Positions 1-7,936 of a stretch of 34,626 bases of DNA are shown in pieces. Position numbers and translations under genes: made by a program. How positions within the stretch are numbered: the stretch's first letter is position 1; every line of letters starts with the position of its first letter. The stretch is from an uncultured Myxococcia bacterium. Lineage in GTDB: Bacteria > CAZTWC01. The notes under the pieces are model-generated. The model made no database searches and was not told the DNA's origin. It was given only the letters and a program-made list of their open reading frames with translations. The DNA is taken from positions 1 to 34,626 of the forward strand of contig CAZTWC010000009.1 of assembly GCA_964617105.1 (NCBI GenBank). The letters run 5' to 3'.

Positions 1-1470
1 AACACTGACGCTCTTTGCCAGGACAATAAAGACAATGATACCGATGGCTTTACCGATTGCCAGGACAACGATTGTTCCCAAAACAGCCAGGTAACGGTTT
101 GCAGCAGCAGCGGCGGTGGTGGAAATAACGTTACGATAAAGGAAGATTCTGATACTGCCTGTGGCGATAAAGTGGATAACGACAAAGATGGATACACCGA
201 TTGTGACGACTATGGATGCTCCAAGAGTACCTCGGTTTCAGTTTGTGGCGGCACTGGCGGCAGCACCGGGGCTAAAGAGGATTCTGATACTGCTTGTGAC
301 GACAAAATTGACAATGACAAAGATGGACACACCGACTGTGACGACTATGGATGCAGTAAAAATGCGGCGGTGTCGGTTTGTGGCGGCGGCAGCACTGGCG
401 GCAATACCGGGCAAGAGGGTACCGATAATACCTGCGCTGATAAAGTTGACAACGACAAAGACGGTTACACTGATTGCGATGACTATGGATGTTCCAAGAG
501 TACCTCGGTCACTATTTGTGGCGGCACTGGCGGCGGCACCAGCGCCAAAGAGGATTCTGACCCTCAGTGCAGCGACAAATTAGATAACGATAAAGACGGT
601 TACACCGATTGTGATGACTATGGATGCTCCAAGAGTGCGGCTGTATCGGTTTGTGGCGGCAGCGGCGGCAGCGGCGGAAACACTACCACCGGCAAAGAGA
701 ACTCAGATACCGCTTGTGGCGATAAAATTGACAACGACAAAGATTGTTAAACCGACTGTGATGACTATGGTTGCTCCAACAGTACNNNNNNNNNNATCGG
801 TCACTATTTGTGGCGGTGGCGGCAGCACTGGCACTGATGAGAACAACGATGCCCTGTGCAACGACAAAATTGACAACGACAAGGATAGTTATACTGACTG
901 TGATGACTACAGTTGCTCCAAAAACACTAATGTGGCAGTCTGCGGGTCAGCGCCTTCGGCCAAGGAGAGTACCGACACTCTTTGCCAGGACAAACTGGAC
1001 AACGACAAAGATGGTCATACCGATTGCAATGACTACGATTGCTCCAAAAATAGCCAGGTGACAGTTTGCGGCAGCACCGGCGGCGGCACTTCCATAAAAG
1101 AGAGCAGCGATACGGTTTGTAATGACAAAAAGGACAATGACAGTGACGGTTACACTGACTGTGATGACTATGGATGCTCCAAGAACACCCAGGTGACGGT
1201 CTGCGGCAGCACCGGCGGAGGTACTGGCACTGCTACTGATGAAAACACTAATGCCTTGTGCAGCGATGGGATTGACAATGATAAGGATAGCTATACTGAC
1301 TGCCGTGATTTTGACTGTTTGGAAAAGAACAACAGCAGTATCACTGTGTGCAAAACGCCGGAAGAGAACAACGATGCCCTGTGTAAGGATGGAATAGACA
1401 ACGATAAGGACGGTTATACTGACTGTAAAGATTACGATTGTTCCAAAAACACCAATGTAACAGTGTGTGG
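1..1470 (+). repeat. 11 visible imperfect tandem coding repeats (~40-50 aa), consensus ExxDxxCxDxxDNDxDGxTDCxDxxC-x8-C, joined by Gly/Ser/Thr linkers
   Basis: Read directly from the translation: 6 units start before the gap and 5 after it, each with 4 Cys. The nucleotide core gacaa(c/t)ga(c/t)aaaga(c/t)gg recurs. Confidence 0.92.
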
Positions 1471-1477
1471 GAATTGA
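1..1477 (+). CDS. Cys/Asp-rich repeat protein with DNDxDG Ca2+-binding-type loops (C-terminal part; 5' end outside window; interrupted by scaffold gap)
   Basis: Frame 1 is open from base 1 (NTDALCQDNKDNDTDGFTDCQDNDCSQ...) to 750. The same repeat continues after the N-gap in frame 2 to TGA at 1475-1477. Removing the 10 Ns joins both halves in frame (AGT ACA TCG GTC ACT = STSVT, as in the repeat at ~500). The TAA at 748-750 lies ~35 bp from the contig edge. Confidence 0.85.
786..795. other. Assembly/scaffold gap (10 N) inside the repeat array
   Basis: Run of 10 n characters, flanked by repeat sequence on both sides. Confidence 0.99.
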
Positions 1478-1509
1478 TCCGGGGATTGAAGCCTGGTAAG
1501 GAGAAATTA

Positions 1510-3660
1510 TTGAAAGATCGTAAAAATAGATTACTGCTGAGATTGTGGGTCACAATCTTAGCCCTGGCTATTTTGAGCATTGGGCTGTTTCTCTTTTCCT
1601 GCACCTTCAAGCAAAATTTACCCGGTCTGGAGGAGAAGGTGCGGCTCACTATAATGCACACTTCTGACATCCATTCCCGGATTTTTCCCTTTAACCTGGA
1701 GCCCACCAGGACAGATCAGGAGTTGGGGTTGGATCCGGAAAAAAAACCTTTTGGCGGTGCTGCCCGGTTGGCCACCATCCTAAAACGGGAAATGAAAAAG
1801 AGTGATCGGGTGGTTTACCTGGATTCTGGTGACATTTTCCAGGGCGCTCCTATTTTCAACCTGGGATTGGGAGAGTTGGAAATAAAGGTGATGAACGAGT
1901 TGGGAGTGGATGCCATGGTAATAGGCAACCACGAGTTTGATGCCGGCGCCCGCAATCTGGCAGAAAAGTTGTCTGGTTTCTGCGCTTTTCCGACCCTGGC
2001 TGCCAACTATATCTTTGATGATCCCAACGATTTCACAAAAACCAACCTGGCTCACCTGGTAAAGCCCTATGCTATTATCACTGCCAAAGGGTTGAAATTG
2101 GGTATTATCGGCATGGGCGACATGGGCTCCTTGAGCGCCATTGGCGAGGGCGGCAACAGTTATCAGATTACCCCCCTGGATCAGAATTTTATTATCCAGA
2201 AATATGTTAATTTTCTCAAACCCCAGGTTGACCTGGTGGTGGTGCTGTCTCACCTGGGCCTTAGCGATGATGTGGATATTATCACCGGGTACACCAAATT
2301 TATGCTCAAAAAAGATTTGGAAAAACTGAAAAAAGATGACCCCCACATTTTTGACGGCTGGACCGAAGTGAAAAAGAATGAAGATATCCCGGATGAACTC
2401 AAGGGTGAAAAGGAGATGGATGATGGCTACGATGAGGATGTAGCGGTTAACGATCCTTTGCCTCACGATTTGCCCGAGGATTTGAGCAAGTATGTGCGGG
2501 TGTGGGTACCTGGAGTTAGGGGAGTTGACCTGATTTTGGGTGGTCATTTGCATGTGGTTTTGAATCCGCCCAAAGTACTGAAAGACCTGGATAAGCGGGA
2601 AGTTTTAATAGTTCATTCCGGCGCGTTTGCCAAGTTTGTGGGGCGGTTGGACCTGGTGGTAGAGCGGGATAAAGGAGAGATAGTATCGCACAAGTATAAG
2701 GTTTTTCCCGTGGACTCTACGGTTCCTGAAGATGCGGATATGAATGATCTTCTAATTCCTTACGCCTTGCAACTGAACCAGATGATGCGGCTCACTGAAA
2801 TGGTGGCCTATGCGCCGGCCATTTTGCCCAGGCGCCCGGAATTGCCCAATAATGGTTCCAGTATCTTAGGCAGTCTGGTGGCTGATTCGATCCGGATTCG
2901 TCGCCGGGTGGAGGCCCAGTTTTCTGTTACCAATACTCTGGGAATCAGGGATAATATTTATCCAGGCCCTATTTTTTTGGAGGACATGTTCAATGTCGTC
3001 CCCTTTGAGAACAATGTGACCGTCATGTACCTGTCGGGCCGCGAGGTTCAAACCTTGCTCAATTATGCTACCGAGCGCAGCGCCGGCCGTGGTTGCCAGA
3101 GCCAGATTCAAGTGAGCGGCATTGAGTTTGTTATGCACTGTGGCCAGACCCGGCTCAACCAGGAAATGCTGGAACAAAATCAAGCCCGTAAACCTTTGAC
3201 TGTCACCTGTTCCGATGGTTCTAAGGAGACCAACACCAATCCTGCCAAGTGTGTCAGGATAAATGGCCAGACGGTGGACTCACATTCCACTTATAAGATG
3301 GCTACCAACGATTATATTGCCAATGGTGGTAGTGGGTTTAAAATTCTAAAGCGCAACACCACTAAGATCTATACCGGTCTTTCCATGCGGGATGTGGTGA
3401 TGGAGTATATGCAGAAAAACTTTAAATCTTGCCAGGAATATTTGGAGCAGAATCCCACCTATTGCCAACTCCAGGGGGGAGTTAAGGATCTTCCCCAATT
3501 ATGCCAGGATACCGGCCAGGACAACTCCGGGAGCAGTGGTACTGCCAAGGGACAGGATGCACAGCCGGTGGACCCGGTGAAAAAACTGAAAATCTTGAAT
3601 TCACCCTGCCTGTTTGCCATTGAGGAGCGCCGGATGAAAACTTTGGTAACCAAGGAGTAA
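1510..3660 (+). CDS. Lipoprotein bifunctional metallophosphatase / 5'-nucleotidase (UshA/CD73 family)
   Basis: Calcineurin-like metal motifs SDIHS, DSGD, GNHEFD, SHLG and GGHLH. The C-terminal 5'-nucleotidase domain is present (NTLGIR, VVPFEN, TNDYIANGGSGF). Start revised to TTG at 1510, with RBS TAAGGAG at 1497-1503. N-terminus MKDRKNR + hydrophobic stretch + lipobox LFSC. Confidence 0.92.
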   Translation: MKDRKNRLLLRLWVTILALAILSIGLFLFSCTFKQNLPGLEEKVRLTIMHTSDIHSRIFPFNLEPTRTDQELGLDPEKKPFGGAARLATILKREMKKSDRVVYLDSGDIFQGAPIFNLGLGELEIKVMNELGVDAMVIGNHEFDAGARNLAEKLSGFCAFPTLAANYIFDDPNDFTKTNLAHLVKPYAIITAKGLKLGIIGMGDMGSLSAIGEGGNSYQITPLDQNFIIQKYVNFLKPQVDLVVVLSHLGLSDDVDIITGYTKFMLKKDLEKLKKDDPHIFDGWTEVKKNEDIPDELKGEKEMDDGYDEDVAVNDPLPHDLPEDLSKYVRVWVPGVRGVDLILGGHLHVVLNPPKVLKDLDKREVLIVHSGAFAKFVGRLDLVVERDKGEIVSHKYKVFPVDSTVPEDADMNDLLIPYALQLNQMMRLTEMVAYAPAILPRRPELPNNGSSILGSLVADSIRIRRRVEAQFSVTNTLGIRDNIYPGPIFLEDMFNVVPFENNVTVMYLSGREVQTLLNYATERSAGRGCQSQIQVSGIEFVMHCGQTRLNQEMLEQNQARKPLTVTCSDGSKETNTNPAKCVRINGQTVDSHSTYKMATNDYIANGGSGFKILKRNTTKIYTGLSMRDVVMEYMQKNFKSCQEYLEQNPTYCQLQGGVKDLPQLCQDTGQDNSGSSGTAKGQDAQPVDPVKKLKILNSPCLFAIEERRMKTLVTKE

Positions 3661-3664
3661 GAGT

Positions 3665-5191
3665 TTGAATATGAAAATTTATTTTATATACTTTATTTTT
3701 CTCCTCTTGGGCGGTTTGGTATTTTTTGCCGGTTGCCTGGAGGAGGGCAATCCAGATAACGGAGCCGTCAGTTTTTTAGTGGAGGTTCAAAGCAGTGCCT
3801 TTGGCACCAAAGAGCAGCCTCTATCTTTTCCTGGACAGAACAGCCCGGTTGAAGTGGAATTAATAATCACTCCCCGGGACAGCAACTTGCAACCTATCAA
3901 TTTTACCGGCAACCTGGAGATATCGGTTCACCCGGGTATGATGGAGGAGTTTCAGGCTTTGGAGCCTGCTGATGTCAAATCCGAGGTTCTGGAGGTTTAC
4001 CGCTTTGTCCGGGGGCAAAAAAGACTGACCACCAAGGTGGCCAGGTTGGAGATGCAGGGGCAAAAACTGCGGGCCAAAGTAAAACTGATTAACTGTTTCG
4101 GCCCCACCAGCATCTGGGTGGAAGATATGGGCAATAATTCAACTGCCTATATTTTTGGAGTTTCCGATAAACTGTTTCATTTTGAAGCACCAGGCATACA
4201 GGATATCCAGCGGATCACCACCCGCATGGGAGTAAGTGGCCCCTTTTCCACCAGGCGCTCCTCCCTGGAGGGGTATAGCGTAGGAATGCAACGGGTAGAA
4301 ACCCCCACCGGCCAGGTGAGAAACGATATGGTGTTGACCGCAGTGGTAAACGAAGGTTTTTTTGTTACCGATCTGGCTAAAAGCGATTTCAACTCAATTT
4401 TTATCTATAATTTCTCCTATCCCGAGGGGTTATGGCCCGGGGTGAAGTTGAGACGGTTAAGCGGCATTGTGGCGGAATTTAACGGCAGTACCAATCTCAA
4501 TTTTCCCACCTGGCAGGTGCTTTACCAGGGAGGAAAGGCCATGACTGTTAATTGGACCAATATCCCGGTGATCACCATTGCCCATGATGATATGGAACCA
4601 GACTGGCGTAATAACCTGAAGGGGCTTACCATAAAAGAGTATTTGGAGGGGGTGGAGTCCTCCAGGGTGGAGGCAGTTGATCTGTTAATGCCCGATAATT
4701 TTATGGATTGCGATTTTAATAAAAATGGAGAGGTGGAATACAATTTCGAATATGGCGAAGGGATGACGGGTAAACAGCGCCGGGATAGTAAATGCACTAC
4801 TGGCCGCAACCAAAACGCTGAGGAATGCTGTTTGGATGACTGTTACGAGAAAAAAGGGTGCAGTGAAAAATTATCCTATTTTAAATACCGCCAGTTCTCC
4901 GCAGAAGTGTTGCCCTGGGTAAAAGATACTGCCCAGAATAAAGAGATGCCCCGCAAAATTTTGATCAATTTGGCTGAGGCTTGTCCCGATTTTGAGTTGA
5001 TGCACATAGAGTCTAAAGAACAAAAAGGGCAGGGAAAGATAGTGATCAAAGGACAGGAAGGCCGCGGTAAAATCAACCATGTGCGGGGCAATCTGGTCAA
5101 TGTGCAACTGGCTCAGCCCAAATGGTTAATCCGGGTTTCCCGACCCGGAGATATTACGATACCGGGAATAACCTGTGGCCAGGGAAATTGA
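3665..5191 (+). CDS. Lipoprotein with ExeM/NucH/YhcR-type OB-fold-like domain and a Cys-rich DxNxNG segment; function unknown
   Basis: Lipobox FAGC. The segment MVLTAVVNEGFFVTD...SIFIY...GVKLRRLSGIVAEFNGSTNL followed by YLEGVESSRVE matches the remembered pattern of the OB-fold in extracellular nucleases. CDFNKNGEVE loop plus a Cys cluster. Starts 4 bp after the nucleotidase (alternative ATG at 3671). Confidence 0.75.
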   Translation: MNMKIYFIYFIFLLLGGLVFFAGCLEEGNPDNGAVSFLVEVQSSAFGTKEQPLSFPGQNSPVEVELIITPRDSNLQPINFTGNLEISVHPGMMEEFQALEPADVKSEVLEVYRFVRGQKRLTTKVARLEMQGQKLRAKVKLINCFGPTSIWVEDMGNNSTAYIFGVSDKLFHFEAPGIQDIQRITTRMGVSGPFSTRRSSLEGYSVGMQRVETPTGQVRNDMVLTAVVNEGFFVTDLAKSDFNSIFIYNFSYPEGLWPGVKLRRLSGIVAEFNGSTNLNFPTWQVLYQGGKAMTVNWTNIPVITIAHDDMEPDWRNNLKGLTIKEYLEGVESSRVEAVDLLMPDNFMDCDFNKNGEVEYNFEYGEGMTGKQRRDSKCTTGRNQNAEECCLDDCYEKKGCSEKLSYFKYRQFSAEVLPWVKDTAQNKEMPRKILINLAEACPDFELMHIESKEQKGQGKIVIKGQEGRGKINHVRGNLVNVQLAQPKWLIRVSRPGDITIPGITCGQGN

Positions 5192-5232
5192 ACTAAGTAG
5201 GAAAAAATTGATTTAAAGGAGTATATAAACGG

Positions 5233-6942
5233 ATGAAAATGGAACTAAAATGGAGTTTGTTATGCCTGTTGATGGCCTGGTTTTTTCTGACTGCAAATTT
5301 AACCTATGGCCAGGAGAGTGATAATTGGGACACGGTCTCCCCTCCGCAATATGAGCAGGATCTGCAAAAGCGGATGAAGAGAGCGGCCCAGGTGCAGGCT
5401 GAGGTAGACGCCAAAAAGGATGAAGAGAAACTTCCAGAGGATACTCAGGATAAAAAATCTAATCAGGTGAGAAATAAATACAGCGATTTTGTGGATACCC
5501 GCCTCACCTTTATCCTGTCAGACGATAATATTTTGGCTGGCGCTGGTGATGCCACCCCCTCCAGTCCGGCGGCAGGTTTCTATCCCCGCTCCAAGAGCAC
5601 CCAGCCCATGGATAATTTAGATACCAAGTACTCAGGTTTCGAAACTCTGAGCCACCTGGTGCTCTATCGGCAGATGCCCACCTATTATGATAACCTAACC
5701 AGTGAAGCGGCTTTTGCTATCCGTTTTCTGTTAAACTACCAGCGCAAATTGGGGTTGGCTGAGAGCGGTTCCTATATCAGGCTCAAGTATCAATTTGACG
5801 GACCCAAAGAATATCTGGGGTTCACCGCTTTTCCCTACTCTTCCGATCGTTTTCGCCTGGGTTACAGTTACCGGATATCCTGGGCAGGCAGTTCTGTATT
5901 CAAAGGGGTTTACTCTGGCGGCAAATGGAGCCGTGGGAAGTACCCTGTGCCGGGTTTCAAATTGGAATATCACCATCCCCGTTTCTATCTGTTTACCGGC
6001 ATGAAAGCCACCACTCTCTATAACGATGAGGTTAAAGAGGAGGAAACGGTTTACGGTTTTCTGGCCGGCACTGGAGTCGATATTCTGGATGAGTTACGGC
6101 TGGAAGGCGGCGTTGGTTTTTTTCAATTGGGAGTTTTTCCCAACCGCACCATCCTGGGAAAACCTTTCTGGGCTGGCGGCGGTAGTTTTCAATTGGTTTA
6201 TCATGTAGGAATCCCCATCAAAACCTCGATTGATTTCAACCTCTATAAAAATGACCCGGAACAGATGGCTGCTTACTTTAAACCTCAAAAGTACAACTCT
6301 GGTTTCAGTTGGTCGGCTGCTACGGAATTCTCCTATTTGATGCAAAACCTGGAGGATGCCGACAATGTCGGTTCGACCAAAATACAGAGCGCCATGGCTT
6401 TTGATTTCAATATCAAATTCCGGCACGATTTTTTACGTTTACATGCCGACCTGGTTTACCGCACCGTCTCCTTTATGCTCTTTAATGTGCCTGGCGTAAA
6501 TCCCTACGAATCTTTTTCTGCGGTTTCAGGTCATAATCCCGATATTATTGCCGCCGCCGGGGTTGATTACCATTTTCCATCTATCCATTTTACCCCGGGA
6601 TTAATTTTTGGAATTCAGATTCCAGCCACCAGCGAAGTTGTCAGTATAAATAGTAGCGCCAACCCTCCCGGGCCTATTAGTAGTACTGTCACGGTGGTGT
6701 ACCGCGAAGATGGAGCCAGGCGGGTAATTTTGCCTGACAACCAGAAAACCACCCCAATTTATGCCGTTAAATTGACTGGTAAATTTGATCTGAGCGAATA
6801 TATGGCTTTTATTGCCCAAGGGATGTTTACTGTTGATAACAACGAGGTACGGCTGGTGCAGGATGCCCTGGGAATTCCGGTTTACCACTTTCAGGACCCA
6901 TATATACTGGGTTTTAACCTGGTGCTGCAGGCCAGATTCTAA
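5233..6942 (+). CDS. Putative outer-membrane beta-barrel protein of unknown family
   Basis: Sec signal peptide (…NLTYG/QES), charged N-terminal segment, many alternating aromatic/Gly amphipathic strands, and C-terminal LGFNLVLQARF ending in Phe (BAM-signal-like). RBS AAGGAG upstream. Confidence 0.75.
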   Translation: MKMELKWSLLCLLMAWFFLTANLTYGQESDNWDTVSPPQYEQDLQKRMKRAAQVQAEVDAKKDEEKLPEDTQDKKSNQVRNKYSDFVDTRLTFILSDDNILAGAGDATPSSPAAGFYPRSKSTQPMDNLDTKYSGFETLSHLVLYRQMPTYYDNLTSEAAFAIRFLLNYQRKLGLAESGSYIRLKYQFDGPKEYLGFTAFPYSSDRFRLGYSYRISWAGSSVFKGVYSGGKWSRGKYPVPGFKLEYHHPRFYLFTGMKATTLYNDEVKEEETVYGFLAGTGVDILDELRLEGGVGFFQLGVFPNRTILGKPFWAGGGSFQLVYHVGIPIKTSIDFNLYKNDPEQMAAYFKPQKYNSGFSWSAATEFSYLMQNLEDADNVGSTKIQSAMAFDFNIKFRHDFLRLHADLVYRTVSFMLFNVPGVNPYESFSAVSGHNPDIIAAAGVDYHFPSIHFTPGLIFGIQIPATSEVVSINSSANPPGPISSTVTVVYREDGARRVILPDNQKTTPIYAVKLTGKFDLSEYMAFIAQGMFTVDNNEVRLVQDALGIPVYHFQDPYILGFNLVLQARF

Positions 6943-6953
6943 AGGGAGATATC

Positions 6954-7865
6954 ATGAATTGCATAGTTAGCGGTGGATCAGGTTTTATCGGCTCTCACAT
7001 TGTGGATCTCTTACTGGAGAAGGGTCACCGGGTTAAGATTATCGATATAGCCGAACCAATCTATCCCTCAGCAGCAGAGTATGTCAATGCCAATGTGCTG
7101 GATCTGGAGGCTATGATCCGGGAAACCAGAGGCGCTGAAATTATTTTTCACCTGGCGGCTGAGGCCAATGTTAATTACTATTATGATAAACCGGTTTACT
7201 CTTCAGAACTTAACACTCAGGGAGTGGTAAAAGTGTGCGAAGCAGCCCGGCAAAACGGAGTTAAGCGAGTTATTTTCGCCTCTACCGAATGGGTCTATCA
7301 GGCTTCTAATGCGGATGAGGTGGATGAAGATACTCCCCTCTACCCACCAGCCTGCCGCCATATCTATTCTGCTTCCAAGTTGGCTGCCGAACTCTATTTG
7401 CAGAGTTATCAACTTCTCTACGGAGTTGATTTCTCTATTGTTCGCTACGGTATCCCCTTTGGCGACCGGGCCCGGCCCGAAACTGTACACCCCATCTTTA
7501 TCAACAAGGCTCTCAAAGGTGAAGAGATAACTATCCATGGTGATGGCATGCAGTTTAGGCAGTTTGTTTATGTTAAGGATTTAGCCGCCGGTAATGTGGC
7601 TTGCCTGGACGAGAAAGCCCGCAACCAGATTTTCGACATCAATGGCAGCGAAAAGGTGACTGTGGTGGATATTGTTCATACCATTGAAAAGATTTTGGGC
7701 ATAAAGGCCAATTACCAGACCACCGAAGAGCGGGCTGGCAGTTTTAAGGGCAGATTTATCACCTCTAAAAAAGCCCGGGAAATATTGAACTGGAAACCGC
7801 GCTATACCTATTATCAGGCCATGGAGAACTATCTTAAATGGTATAAAAAAAATGTGGGCGAGTGA
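6954..7865 (+). CDS. NAD-dependent epimerase/dehydratase (extended SDR, UDP-glucose 4-epimerase-like)
   Basis: GGSGFIG Rossmann motif, HLAA, YSASK catalytic YxxxK, GDGMQFRQFVYVKD. Confidence 0.93.
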   Translation: MNCIVSGGSGFIGSHIVDLLLEKGHRVKIIDIAEPIYPSAAEYVNANVLDLEAMIRETRGAEIIFHLAAEANVNYYYDKPVYSSELNTQGVVKVCEAARQNGVKRVIFASTEWVYQASNADEVDEDTPLYPPACRHIYSASKLAAELYLQSYQLLYGVDFSIVRYGIPFGDRARPETVHPIFINKALKGEEITIHGDGMQFRQFVYVKDLAAGNVACLDEKARNQIFDINGSEKVTVVDIVHTIEKILGIKANYQTTEERAGSFKGRFITSKKAREILNWKPRYTYYQAMENYLKWYKKNVGE

Positions 7866-7936
7866 GTGGGATAAGGGGATAATTTATAAACAATAGTAGC
7901 ATCCATAAGGACTTTAAAAATAAGGAGGTTTAGACA

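Noticed and set aside
161-1061. ORFs 161..583, the first part of 611..1477, and 771..1061 as separate genes
   Set aside because: They are alternative-frame shadows of the Cys/Asp repeat gene, and the frame change is explained by the 10-N gap.
1-1477. Repeat array as a CRISPR array or non-coding tandem repeat
   Set aside because: Units vary mainly at synonymous positions and keep a protein motif in frame. There are no identical repeats with unique spacers and no cas genes.
1438-1509. ORF-track start of the 5'-nucleotidase at 1438
   Set aside because: It overlaps the upstream gene and buries the signal peptide. TTG at 1510 has a strong RBS and gives a proper lipoprotein signal.
1780-2553. 257-aa antisense ORF (and other antisense ORFs inside annotated genes)
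   Set aside because: They lie opposite well-supported genes and carry no recognisable motifs.
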